DNA of 64,000 nt from Bdellovibrionota bacterium (GTDB lineage Bacteria; Bdellovibrionota; UBA2428): positions 299,863-363,862 of the forward strand of contig JBIKUK010000001.1 in the NCBI GenBank assembly GCA_044347615.1. The letters are read 5' to 3'. Position 1 is the stretch's first letter, and the number at the start of each line of letters is the position of its first letter. Below, one piece after another: positions 49,568 to 59,276 of this stretch. The notes under the pieces are model-generated. The model worked only from the letters and a program-made list of their open reading frames with translations, was not told where the DNA came from and made no database searches. The position numbers were made by a program, and so were the translations under genes.

Positions 49568-51408
49568 ATTATCTCCTCCGATAATTTCTTAATTTCGTGA
49601 AAAGAAATATTTGAGTCTAGGGAGTTTTTTTGGAATCCAAATCGCTTCTCCTCCAATTTCTTAAAGAGTTCCCGAAGTTTGTTTATTTTTGGATGAGTGG
49701 AGACGTGACAAACATTCAAAAGCATAGTCATTAACTCATCAAAAGAGGCTTCATTTTTTGAAAGTTTTGCAAATCTTAATATTATCCACTCCTCTATGTA
49801 TCCTAGTAATTGTACCAAATTCAAGTCTGGTTGCTTGTTGATTTTCTTTTCAATAAATATCCAAGGATAATTCTGTAAAAGTCGATCTTCTTCCTCTCTT
49901 TTTCTTCTTTGAATAAAAAATAGTGAGGCTAGAGCATAAAGAAAGGCGGGTATTGTCCATACGAAGATTGAAATAGATGTTTTATCTAAGTTTACAAATT
50001 CTTGAGTTCCAGCAAAAATAATACTTTTTCCTTTCTTTTCTTCTGTAAATGGTTTGTTTGAAGGTTCAATGTTTAGTTCAATCGGAGGAATCGGAATTGT
50101 TTCGTATGATTTCTTATCGGGGTCAAAGTAAGACCAAGAGTTAGCTGCTATTTTATAGTCACCTGAATTTTGAGGAACTATTAATACTTCAAAATCCTTA
50201 TAGCCTTCTGATCTATCATTTGTTTCGTAGTTTGTAGCGGTTCTGCTTTTTTGAAGAGAGGAGGGAAGATTTAGTTCGGGTTCTTGAAGTCCTTTTATGT
50301 TTCCTTTGCCCTCAATCCTCAATTTTAAGTTGAAAGCTTCATTTTGAACAAGTTTTTGATTTGGTTGTTCGAGTGATATTTTATAGGTTCCAACTGGTAT
50401 ATTATTTTGACTAATGGAAGCTGGTCTGGGTGGTAAAGGTATAACCGTTACAGGAATGGAACCAGATGTTTTGTTGAATAGTTGATTCTGGCCTAGCGTT
50501 AGTTGTGGGTTTTGCATTTGTTCTAGCATCTGAAATATATCAGTATCCACTTCGAACCTCATTTTAAGTGGATCTATAAGAAGTTCACCGCTTTTTATAG
50601 GAAATAGTGCAAATCTAATAATCTCTGCTTTAAAGTAATTGTTGTTCCTATATTCAGTTCTTTCAGGACGCCAGTTTTTAGGAATAAAGAGTTGTTCTTT
50701 TAAGAAATCTTTAAATGTTGGAAAAGAACCAAATTCTAAGTTTCTAAATATATTTTCATTTGTATAAATATAAAACGGAAGCGTAATTAGCTCGCCCACA
50801 AAGACCTGTGTCTTAGAGGGTTCTGCTACAACAAAAACATCAAGCTGTTTATTTTTATTTTCTGGCTCAATTCTGTTGAGAGGTTTTTCTTCATCAAGTT
50901 CAAAAAGATTAAAAAATGGAAGTCTTGTGTTGGGTTGAACCTGCGGTAATTGCTGTTTCGGTCTTAGACTTTTTACGATTATAGATGCTTCATCAATATT
51001 AAAAGTTTTGTTAGGTGCTGAAATTATAATTTTAGGTGTTTTGATTTCCCCTATCTTTAGGGGTACAAGGGTTAACTTTAATAATGAACTAGATTTACGA
51101 GAAGATTTTCCATTAACAAAAAATGTCTGAGTTTTTTTTAAAATCTGTGGTGCAGAGATTTCCCAGCTTTGACTTTTGTCTTCAATTGATTTCAACGAAA
51201 GATCTAACGGAGTCGATTCTTTGCTATCAATTTGAAAGCTAACTGTTATGGTTTGTCCTGAGCTTTCCCTAGGTTCAATTTTAATTTGAACATTGTTGGA
51301 TGGATCTTCTTTTGATGAAACAAGATCAGAGAAATTTATAAGAGTAAAAAAAATGATAAGTTTAATTTTTTTCATATTACTTCGATTACCATGGCTTAGA
51401 AGAGCCAT
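49513..51408 (-). CDS. BatD-like protein (signal peptide, large extracytoplasmic domain, C-terminal TM)
   Basis: 631 aa; position as last gene of the MoxR/BatA/BatB operon; single TM near the C-terminus (FVWTIPAFLYALASLFFI). Confidence 0.55.
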   Translation of the reverse strand: MALLSHGNRSNMKKIKLIIFFTLINFSDLVSSKEDPSNNVQIKIEPRESSGQTITVSFQIDSKESTPLDLSLKSIEDKSQSWEISAPQILKKTQTFFVNGKSSRKSSSLLKLTLVPLKIGEIKTPKIIISAPNKTFNIDEASIIVKSLRPKQQLPQVQPNTRLPFFNLFELDEEKPLNRIEPENKNKQLDVFVVAEPSKTQVFVGELITLPFYIYTNENIFRNLEFGSFPTFKDFLKEQLFIPKNWRPERTEYRNNNYFKAEIIRFALFPIKSGELLIDPLKMRFEVDTDIFQMLEQMQNPQLTLGQNQLFNKTSGSIPVTVIPLPPRPASISQNNIPVGTYKISLEQPNQKLVQNEAFNLKLRIEGKGNIKGLQEPELNLPSSLQKSRTATNYETNDRSEGYKDFEVLIVPQNSGDYKIAANSWSYFDPDKKSYETIPIPPIELNIEPSNKPFTEEKKGKSIIFAGTQEFVNLDKTSISIFVWTIPAFLYALASLFFIQRRKREEEDRLLQNYPWIFIEKKINKQPDLNLVQLLGYIEEWIILRFAKLSKNEASFDELMTMLLNVCHVSTHPKINKLRELFKKLEEKRFGFQKNSLDSNISFHEIKKLSEEIIQSSGLSSSANSSKSDED

Positions 51409-53218
51409 TTTGCTTACCTAGCTCATTACCTTTTTTCTGAGATTCACTTTTTAATTTCTTTTTAATAACTTTTCGCTCTTCACTGCTGATGCTTTGCATG
51501 ATTTGTTTTACTTCATCAGGCGTATAGTTCTTACCTCTGTAGTCTTGAGGCTTTTTATCTTCATCGTTTGGATCTTGGCTTTTATTGGATTTTCCTTGGT
51601 TATTAGATTTTCCTTGACCTTGATTTCCGCCACCGCTTCCTTGCTTTTGAGAGTTTTGTTTTAATAAACGCGCAAGATTGTGTCGGATTATGGGATCTAG
51701 CGTTTTTGAGGGAGGGTCGTTAAGTGCATTATAGTAGCTTTCAATTGCTGCCTGAGTTTTTTTACCCAGTTCGTAGGCTTGAGCAAGTTGGTAAAACCAT
51801 TTTTTTTTATCCAAAGGATCGGGATCTTTTTTGGCCAAAGGCTCTAAGATCTTTGAAATCTCTAGAGCTTCCTCTTCTACAGGGCTTAGGTCTAATCCTT
51901 CTTTTGTCTGCAGATATAATTGTTTATTTTCTATCTGTTTCAGTCGAGATGTTATCCAGTTAAAGATATATTTTTTTTCATTTGATTCACGGTTAAGAGC
52001 TTTTTCAAAAAGCTCTTGTGCGTAATCGAATTTCTTTAGATTGAAAAAGAAGACTCCAATATTATTTTGTAAGCTATCCAAAGTAGTGGAAGCTTGTAAT
52101 GTTTTTTGTGAAAAAAGGGCAATAGCAAAGACAACCTTGGACGAGATTTTTAGAAATTTGTTTCTGTAGTATAAAAAAACTCCCCCCGTCTCAGTTGTTA
52201 TCCACTCTAAAAGTAAAAGAATAATTCCAATAAGAAGAGGAATTTGAAATTTTTCTTCTTTTTCAACTTGGACGCCTTCCTCTTTAAGTTTAAACTCTAA
52301 TTTTTTTAAGTTTTCAGCAAAACTTACTTTAAAGTTTGAAGACTCATCCGCTATGTAAACTTGACCATTAGTTTTCTCTGCTAGTTTTGTTACAAAACTT
52401 TTTTCAGCTTTAGTTTTTGCATCTAAACCCGTTTCTGGGTCTTTTACAAATCCCAAACCGTGACCGTCTTTATCTTTTTGAGGAATAGGGGTGCCTTGTT
52501 TTTTGCCAATTAAAAAAGTTGAGATGGGAATTTTATTCCTGATGAGGCCTTTTATAATGCTTGATTCAATTTGGTTACTGTCATCACCATCGGTGACAAG
52601 GAGTATTGACCCCGCAGTATTTTCTTTTTCGTCATCGTTTTTGGTATCAGTAATATCCTTATACCCTAGGGCCTCCGCGCAAGTTATTACTGCGCCTTGG
52701 ATAAAAGTTGAGGGAAGGCTTACAAAGCTGGGGTTTAGGGGGTTTAGGTAGTCTGCAATAGCATCTAAATCTGAAGTAAGAGGTGCTGCGATAAAAGCAC
52801 CTCCTGCAAATCCGACAAGAGTAACTTTTGTTTTATTTAGATTTTCAAGAAGAAGTATGAGCTCTCTTTTTGCGTATTCCAAACGATTGGGATTCATATC
52901 TTCTGCATGCATACTTTGAGAAAGATCAAGCGCTATGCATAGGTCTGAACCCACGACTTTTTTTATGCTGTGTTTGGCTCCCCACTTAGGTCGCATAAGA
53001 CTAAAAGCAATCAAAGTAATTCCTAAAATAAAAAGAAATTCTTTGAAAACTCTATTTTTGGGTAATTTTTGAGTTTGAGAAACTTCAAGTGTTTTGGAGG
53101 CCTGTATGATTTGCGAGTATTTTTTTCTCAAAAAATGAGTTTTGAAAATTAAATATATTAAACATCCGACTATCAAAAATAAAAAGCTAAATTCTGGTCT
53201 ATGAAATTCAATATTCAT
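51386..53218 (-). CDS. BatB-like protein: 2 TM + vWA domain + TPR-like region + Lys/Gly-rich tail
   Basis: 610 aa; vWA MIDAS context (ALDLSQSMHAED...LLVTDGDDSN); TPR-like helices; low-complexity basic C-terminus. Confidence 0.7.
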   Translation of the reverse strand: MNIEFHRPEFSFLFLIVGCLIYLIFKTHFLRKKYSQIIQASKTLEVSQTQKLPKNRVFKEFLFILGITLIAFSLMRPKWGAKHSIKKVVGSDLCIALDLSQSMHAEDMNPNRLEYAKRELILLLENLNKTKVTLVGFAGGAFIAAPLTSDLDAIADYLNPLNPSFVSLPSTFIQGAVITCAEALGYKDITDTKNDDEKENTAGSILLVTDGDDSNQIESSIIKGLIRNKIPISTFLIGKKQGTPIPQKDKDGHGLGFVKDPETGLDAKTKAEKSFVTKLAEKTNGQVYIADESSNFKVSFAENLKKLEFKLKEEGVQVEKEEKFQIPLLIGIILLLLEWITTETGGVFLYYRNKFLKISSKVVFAIALFSQKTLQASTTLDSLQNNIGVFFFNLKKFDYAQELFEKALNRESNEKKYIFNWITSRLKQIENKQLYLQTKEGLDLSPVEEEALEISKILEPLAKKDPDPLDKKKWFYQLAQAYELGKKTQAAIESYYNALNDPPSKTLDPIIRHNLARLLKQNSQKQGSGGGNQGQGKSNNQGKSNKSQDPNDEDKKPQDYRGKNYTPDEVKQIMQSISSEERKVIKKKLKSESQKKGNELGKQNGSSKPW

Positions 53219-54240
53219 GGATACTTCCTCCAGATACTTTGAAGAGCGAGGCCCTCAGCTATCAGGAAAAGCATCCCAACCCAAAGAAAAAAATCAGCTC
53301 CCTCGCTAGTTTTAGTCTGATTTGAAATTTCGATTTTACTTTTTTCAAGTTGGTCAATCTCGCTGAGTATTTTACCCATTAAACTTTGGTCAACAGCCGA
53401 GTATGCTTTGCCTCCCGTAAAGTTTGAGATTTTTTCGAGAAGCTCATCGTTAGCGGCATCTGTTAAATATTGTAGGACTTGTTTTTTATTACCAAATCCA
53501 TCCTCGACTGTTACAGGAAAGGGAACTCTACCTTTTTTTCCGATTCCTATAGAATAAATTTTAATTCCAAAACCAGCAGCAATTTGTGAGGCTGATATTG
53601 GATCGATTGAGCCCATGTTATTGTCTCCATCTGTAACAAGGAGAATTGTTTTAGATTTAGCCGTTGATCCTTTAAGGTGGTTAACGGCAACAGCTAGCGC
53701 TTGTCCGATAGCTGTTCCATCTTCAAGGCCTGAATTTGAACTTGATTTTAAGTTAGCTAGAAGGAGTTTGTGATCAAGAGTTAGGGGCGCGCTTAAGTAA
53801 GCTTCCCCGCTAAATAATACTAATCCCAATCGATCATCTTGCCGTAAGTTGATGAATTCTACCAATCGATCAATTGCCACGGTTCTTCTGTTAGGTGAAA
53901 AGTCTAAAGCATCCATAGACTTTGAAAGGTCAAAGGCAACGATCATATCTATTGATTCAACAATCCTTTTTTCTTTACCAAATTTTTTCTGAGGTCTTGC
54001 AAGAGCTAATATCAAAAAAGTAAGGGCAGTGAATCTCAGCGCTGCTTGAAGTTTAAATGGAGTAATCTGTTTCTGATTTTCGGTACGAGTTGACCAGTCA
54101 AAGGGGAATATGAGACGACTTCTAAAGCGGACAGAAATTTTTATGAAAAATATAAAACATAGTAAAAGGGGAATTAAGAGCAAGAATGCTTCGGGGCTAA
54201 ACCATGCGAAATTACTTAAGCTTTGACTTGAGTAGCTCAT
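53215..54240 (-). CDS. BatA-like protein: 2 TM + vWA domain
   Basis: 341 aa; vWA motifs (IVAFDLSKSMDA...LLVTDGDNN) after two N-terminal TM helices. Confidence 0.75.
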   Translation of the reverse strand: MSYSSQSLSNFAWFSPEAFLLLIPLLLCFIFFIKISVRFRSRLIFPFDWSTRTENQKQITPFKLQAALRFTALTFLILALARPQKKFGKEKRIVESIDMIVAFDLSKSMDALDFSPNRRTVAIDRLVEFINLRQDDRLGLVLFSGEAYLSAPLTLDHKLLLANLKSSSNSGLEDGTAIGQALAVAVNHLKGSTAKSKTILLVTDGDNNMGSIDPISASQIAAGFGIKIYSIGIGKKGRVPFPVTVEDGFGNKKQVLQYLTDAANDELLEKISNFTGGKAYSAVDQSLMGKILSEIDQLEKSKIEISNQTKTSEGADFFLWVGMLFLIAEGLALQSIWRKYP

Positions 54241-55022
54241 CTGGAATTCTCTTTTTTATCTGAGGACTTAGGGATATCTTTCTTTGGAAAAGCCAGGAAA
54301 ATTGTTTTTATTTTTATAAGATAATCTTGCCAAAGTTTTGAGTTAATTGTTTTTTTGGCAAACCTCACATCGTCCGCTGTTTTTAAGACGTACTCTAACT
54401 GAGATGTTAAATTCTGGTTTTTGCTTTGGGTAAGTCCCATGGCCCTAAATGTTCCTATGAATTCCCCAGTCGTAAGAGAGTTGGTGTTTAAATTCAGCTC
54501 GTTTTCTAGGAAGTGTCTTAGATATTTATATATTTCATGTAAATGGGCACTTTCTGGATTTTGAACATTGATTTCGCAATGGAGAATATATTTTTCCAAC
54601 TCCACTCTAGGGTCAAATTTATTTTTTTTCTTTTCTTGAAAAGTAACTTTGTTTTTTCTTTTATTTATATAATAAAAGAACCCCCCAAAGACGGAAAAAA
54701 TAATTAAGAAACAAGCTATATAAAAACCTAGAGGGTAATCAATCTTTTCTGCGTTAAGAGGCGCAAATCTTTGATTAGCAACTTTTGGATCAAGTTCTTT
54801 GATGTTGGCTTGTACGGCCACATTGGAAGAACTACACGGCAATGAAAAGGAAATGGTTCCTGTTTTAAAGGGACCCAGGGTTACGACTTCTTTTTTAATT
54901 TTTAGCACCTTTGCAAGGATTTCTTTTTCATCTGGAAGAGTGTCGCCGGTACTCAATATTGGGTTCTCGCCAATAGGACAGCTTACATTAAATGTATCTC
55001 CCGCGTTTATTTCAATTGCCAT
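54237..55022 (-). CDS. hypothetical single-pass membrane protein within the MoxR/Bat operon
   Basis: 261 aa; one central TM (FYIACFLIIFSVFGGFFYYI); overlaps neighbouring genes by 4 nt at the BatA start, consistent with an operon. Confidence 0.5.
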   Translation of the reverse strand: MAIEINAGDTFNVSCPIGENPILSTGDTLPDEKEILAKVLKIKKEVVTLGPFKTGTISFSLPCSSSNVAVQANIKELDPKVANQRFAPLNAEKIDYPLGFYIACFLIIFSVFGGFFYYINKRKNKVTFQEKKKNKFDPRVELEKYILHCEINVQNPESAHLHEIYKYLRHFLENELNLNTNSLTTGEFIGTFRAMGLTQSKNQNLTSQLEYVLKTADDVRFAKKTINSKLWQDYLIKIKTIFLAFPKKDIPKSSDKKENSR

Positions 55023-55023
55023 A

Positions 55024-55884
55024 TCACGATCCTTTTATGAAGGCCTCAAGAGGTCTTAGAAATTCTTGGTTTTCATTTAATTTTAAAAAGGGAATACGGG
55101 CCATTTCAAAAAATGTTTGAACTTTGTCTATTTTTTTTCCTTCTTTTTGAACGTTTTCTTGAAAATTTTGTGACTCTGTTGCAATTGTAAAGGCTTTTGC
55201 ATTTTCAGCAGCTTCCATTTCTATAAAGGGAAAGGGGGGAAACATTTGAAGACGAGAGTGAAAAACTCCAATTGCTAAAAATTCGTGTTTAAGTGAATAT
55301 TCCTTCAGAATCCTTTGTTCGGGGAGTTTTTCAAAGTCTGAGATAAAGAATATAACGCTTTGTTTTTTTAAATAACCTCTCAGTTGTTTAAGGGCATGGT
55401 TTGGGTCAGTCCCACGAGTTTTATGGCCTGTTTTAAGTATTTCGCGAACGAGTCTAAGGACGTGGTTTCTTCCCTTTTCGGGAGGTAGACATTTTTCGAC
55501 AGTTTGAGAAAATGTAAGAAGTCCAACTTTTTCTCCTATATCCTCAGCAGAGAGGGCGAGAGTTGCAGCTATTTCAGCAATTCGATAGGCGACGCTTCCT
55601 CCTATCGGTCCTCTTCTTGCAGAAGCGCTTACGTCTACAACAAGAAAATAGTTTTTATCACGTTCTTCTTCAAAAGTTTTTAAAACTGTCTCGTTGGCTT
55701 TTGCACTTGTTGTCCAGGATATATGTCTAATGTCATCTCCGTAAACATAAGGCCGAAACTCTCTAAACTGTAATCCAGAACCCTTGAACCGTGACTGAAA
55801 TCCTCCAACAAGTCCTTTTTTTATGAGATGGTGATTTCGTATTTCAAGCTTTCGGATCTCTTTAAGAAATTCCTCAAAGGTCAT
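55024..55884 (-). CDS. DUF58-family protein (MoxR-associated)
   Basis: 286 aa; signature GSGLQFREFRPYVYGDDIRHISW. Confidence 0.8.
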   Translation of the reverse strand: MTFEEFLKEIRKLEIRNHHLIKKGLVGGFQSRFKGSGLQFREFRPYVYGDDIRHISWTTSAKANETVLKTFEEERDKNYFLVVDVSASARRGPIGGSVAYRIAEIAATLALSAEDIGEKVGLLTFSQTVEKCLPPEKGRNHVLRLVREILKTGHKTRGTDPNHALKQLRGYLKKQSVIFFISDFEKLPEQRILKEYSLKHEFLAIGVFHSRLQMFPPFPFIEMEAAENAKAFTIATESQNFQENVQKEGKKIDKVQTFFEMARIPFLKLNENQEFLRPLEAFIKGS

Positions 55885-55896
55885 GTGTTTAACTCC

Positions 55897-56886
55897 TTAA
55901 GGAGTTGGGAGCGCAGATAGAATTTTTGTAATGATTTGTTGAGCGGTAACTTCTTGAGCCTCTGCTTCAAAAGAGAGAAGAATCCTATGTCTTAGGACAT
56001 CTGGCGCAACTGCCTTGATGTCGTCTGGAGTTACAAAAGCTCTTCCCTCCATAAAAGCTTTGGCCCTTGAAGCTCTTGCCAGAGAAAGAGTTGCTCTTGG
56101 AGAGGCTCCAAATTGAATATATCTTTCTATTTCGCTCAGTTTTTTATTCGCTTTTGGTTCGCGAGAAGCAAAAACAATTTCTATGATGTAGTCTTTGACT
56201 TTTGAATCAAGATAGATTTCGTTGCAGAGACTTCGCGCCTTAAGAATTTGGCTGGCGCCAGCTATAGGACGAAGCGTGCCTTCTTTAGAGGAAGCTTGAG
56301 TTTCAAGAATTTTTAATTCCTCTGCTTTATTTGGGTAGGGGATGAGAACTTTAAACATAAAGCGGTCCATTTGAGCTTCAGGAAGTCGATAGGTTCCTTC
56401 TTGTTCAATAGGGTTTTGAGTTGCTAAAACAATAAAGGGCTCTTCGAGTTTGTAGGTTTCATCGCCAATGGTGACTTGCTTTTCAGCCATACACTCTAAG
56501 AGAGCTGATTGAACTTTTGCGGGTGCGCGATTGATTTCGTCAGCGAGAACGATGTTTGCAAATATGGGACCTTTTTTAGGGAAAAATTCTCCGCTTTTAG
56601 GATTGAAAACCATTGTTCCTGTTAGGTCGCTAGGTAAAAGATCAGGAGTAAATTGTAAGCGTTTAAAGTTAAGGTCAATTAAATCAGCAAGAGTTTTGAC
56701 AGCAAGGGTTTTAGCAAGTCCAGGTAGTCCTTCGAGAAGAACATGACCCCCTGTCAAAAGTCCCATGAGGATTCTTTCGATCATTTTTTTTTGCCCAACA
56801 ATTATTTTAGAAATATCTGTTTCAAGTTGATTTATGAAAGCACTTTCCTGTTTAATCAGTTCACCTAATTGATTTAAATCAGCCAT
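55897..56886 (-). CDS. MoxR-family AAA+ ATPase
   Basis: 329 aa; Walker A (GLPGLAKT) and overall MoxR-like sequence. Confidence 0.9.
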   Translation of the reverse strand: MADLNQLGELIKQESAFINQLETDISKIIVGQKKMIERILMGLLTGGHVLLEGLPGLAKTLAVKTLADLIDLNFKRLQFTPDLLPSDLTGTMVFNPKSGEFFPKKGPIFANIVLADEINRAPAKVQSALLECMAEKQVTIGDETYKLEEPFIVLATQNPIEQEGTYRLPEAQMDRFMFKVLIPYPNKAEELKILETQASSKEGTLRPIAGASQILKARSLCNEIYLDSKVKDYIIEIVFASREPKANKKLSEIERYIQFGASPRATLSLARASRAKAFMEGRAFVTPDDIKAVAPDVLRHRILLSFEAEAQEVTAQQIITKILSALPTP

Positions 56887-56922
56887 GAGTAAAGTTTAGC
56901 AGACGCCTGTAAAATTGGGACT

Positions 56923-56951
56923 TTGACGCGACCTACAAAAGCTAAATAATC
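56923..56951 (+). promoter_or_regulatory. candidate sigma-70-type promoter upstream of the DUF1844-htrA pair
   Basis: TTGACG (56923-56928), 17-nt spacer, ATAATC (56946-56951); sequence match only. Confidence 0.25.
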
Positions 56952-57042
56952 TCTTTTGGGAAAAAGCACACTTCTTAACCTTAGGCATGAGCTTGTCTCA
57001 AGTTTGTCCTTGTCATAAATTGAAATTCGAAGGACTCAAATT

Positions 57043-57318
57043 ATGCCTCAAAATAAAACTACTCAGCCCATGAGCGATGTAAATTTTTCGACCTTTATTT
57101 TAAGTTTAGCTTCGGCAACTTTTATTGAAATGGGAGTCATTGAGGACCCACAAACGAAAACTAAGAAGAAGGACTTGTCTTCTGCAAAACAGCACATAGA
57201 TTTATTGCAAATGTTGCAAGAAAAGACACGAGGAAATTTGGATGATGAAGAGCGGGGACTTTTAGAAAGAATTCTTAGAGATCTTCGCTTACAATTTGTA
57301 AAAGTATCGGAGGGATAG
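57043..57318 (+). CDS. DUF1844-like small protein
   Basis: 91 aa; by-eye resemblance to DUF1844 (FSTFILSLASATFIEMG...IDLLQMLQEKTRGNL); AAGGA ribosome-binding site upstream. Confidence 0.5.
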   Translation: MPQNKTTQPMSDVNFSTFILSLASATFIEMGVIEDPQTKTKKKDLSSAKQHIDLLQMLQEKTRGNLDDEERGLLERILRDLRLQFVKVSEG

Positions 57319-57321
57319 TTC

Positions 57322-58860
57322 ATGAAATTGAAAAGTCTTTCAAAATATTTTTTTCTTTTATCAGGATTGGGAATTTTGTCTCTTTCAGCTTGTCTATGGG
57401 CATCAAATTCAAAGGGTCCTTATTGGATTGAAAAAGATGTGGAAGCTAAAAAAACTCTACAGCCTAAAGTCGATGCGATGAATGAAATGTTTTCAAGCTT
57501 AGCAACGACTTATTCCTCAGCTGTTGTAACGGTTTTGACAACGAGTGAAGTTAAAGTTCCGCAAATGCAAATGTTTCCCGAGGATATGTTTGATTTGTTT
57601 TTTGGTTTTCCGGGCGGAGGTGGCCTCCAACGTAGAGCGCCTCGTTCTCAAAAGACTCAAAGTCTTGGAAGTGGTTTCGTGATTCATCCGGATGGAATTA
57701 TAGTGACAAACTCTCATGTCATTCGAATTCAGGATGATCGTGTTGCGGATTCCGTAAAAGTTAAATTTTTAGGAGATTCTGACAAGTCTGAAGGGATAGA
57801 TGTTCAGGTTGTAGGAGTTGATCCTCTCGTCGATACTGCTGTTCTTCGTTTAAAAGGAAAGGCTAAGCCTAATTTATCTGTGATTCCTCTTGGAAATAGC
57901 GATAACTTAAAAGTTGGAGAGTGGGTTGTCGCAATTGGAAATCCTCACGGACTTTCTCATACTGTGACAAAAGGAATTGTGAGTGCTTTGGGTCGTGATA
58001 TTATACCGAATGTCTCTGCGGATTTTATTCAAACAGATGCAAGTATTAACCAAGGAAATTCTGGTGGACCTTTGATTAACATGATGGGTGAGGTTGTGGG
58101 TATTAATACTGCGATTGATCCTCGAGGACAGGGATTGGGATTTGCTATTCCAGTGAATACAGCCAAAAGAGCGATTAAGTCGATTATGGAAAAAGGTAAG
58201 CCATCGCATGGTTTTGCAGGAGTGAGTTTATTTCAAAATTTCGACTTAGAAACAGCAAAATCCCTAGGTCTTAAAAATGCAGATGGAGCCTTGATTGAAG
58301 ATGTGGTGCCGGGCCAGGCTGCTGCAAATGCAGGCTTAAAGGCTTATGATGTTGTCACTAAAATTGGAGATCGCAAGATCAATACAAATTCTGATTTTCA
58401 AAAAGCTGTTCGGGAGCTTGATCCAAATACAAAAGTCTCTGTTGAATATTTACGTGAAGGCAAGGCAGCCACAACAAACATGGTATTGGGAGACCTAGAA
58501 AAAAGCTCTCAAGTATCCATGAATGATATTCGTTCATTGTTTAAGAGTAGGAGTAGTGGCGAAAAAACTGAATCTTTCTCTATTTCTAAAGCGGGTTTTG
58601 AAGTTGTGAATCTGACAAAAGAAATTCGTACTCGATGGAGATTATCTCCAGATGTGAGCGGTGTTGTGATCAGCGAAGTACTGGCAAATACTCCAGCTGA
58701 TGAGGCGGGGATAGCTCGCGGAGATATTTTAACGGAAATTCAAAAGAAAAAAGTAACGGATGTAAAGTCGGTTGAGAAGGCCATTGGAAAAAGTGGGACG
58801 TATATTTTGAAGGTCCTGCGGGGAAATACGGTTGCACTTTTTACTTTGAAGGTAGATTAA
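57322..58860 (+). CDS. HtrA/DegP-family serine endoprotease with two PDZ domains
   Basis: 512 aa; catalytic triad context (TNSHV, D, GNSGGPL); two PDZ-like regions; N-terminal lipobox-like LSAC. Confidence 0.9.
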   Translation: MKLKSLSKYFFLLSGLGILSLSACLWASNSKGPYWIEKDVEAKKTLQPKVDAMNEMFSSLATTYSSAVVTVLTTSEVKVPQMQMFPEDMFDLFFGFPGGGGLQRRAPRSQKTQSLGSGFVIHPDGIIVTNSHVIRIQDDRVADSVKVKFLGDSDKSEGIDVQVVGVDPLVDTAVLRLKGKAKPNLSVIPLGNSDNLKVGEWVVAIGNPHGLSHTVTKGIVSALGRDIIPNVSADFIQTDASINQGNSGGPLINMMGEVVGINTAIDPRGQGLGFAIPVNTAKRAIKSIMEKGKPSHGFAGVSLFQNFDLETAKSLGLKNADGALIEDVVPGQAAANAGLKAYDVVTKIGDRKINTNSDFQKAVRELDPNTKVSVEYLREGKAATTNMVLGDLEKSSQVSMNDIRSLFKSRSSGEKTESFSISKAGFEVVNLTKEIRTRWRLSPDVSGVVISEVLANTPADEAGIARGDILTEIQKKKVTDVKSVEKAIGKSGTYILKVLRGNTVALFTLKVD

Positions 58861-58865
58861 AAAAA

Positions 58866-59276
58866 TTAGTTTTGAAGGAGCGGTGATTTTAATTCAAAGC
58901 GGGAAATAGGGGCTTCGAATTTTTCATTTAGGTTATTTCGCATTTCAAAGCTTCCTTCCATGCTTCCGGAAGGAGTTTTTAGGGGACAGAAACTTGTGTA
59001 TTCAAAAACTTCACCAGGTTGTAAAAGGGGTTGTTTGCCGACGACGCCCGCTCCGCGAACTTCTTCAACTCCTCCAAAAGCATCACGAATAATCCAATGG
59101 CGATTCATGAGTTGCACAACATCGCTGCTAAAGTTTTCAATTAAAATAGTGTAACTATAAATAAAAAGAGCATTTGTTGGGCGTGAGTTCGTTTCGTCGT
59201 ATTTGGGCCAAACAGAAATTCGAACTCCGCGAGTTTCGTTAGTGCTGGAAGATTTTTTCCCTTCGGTTTGACTCAT
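58866..59276 (-). CDS. apaG: ApaG-domain protein
   Basis: 136 aa; HWIIRDAFGG...GAGVVGKQPLLQPGEVFEYTS matches the ApaG/DUF525 core. Confidence 0.75.
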   Translation of the reverse strand: MSQTEGKKSSSTNETRGVRISVWPKYDETNSRPTNALFIYSYTILIENFSSDVVQLMNRHWIIRDAFGGVEEVRGAGVVGKQPLLQPGEVFEYTSFCPLKTPSGSMEGSFEMRNNLNEKFEAPISRFELKSPLLQN

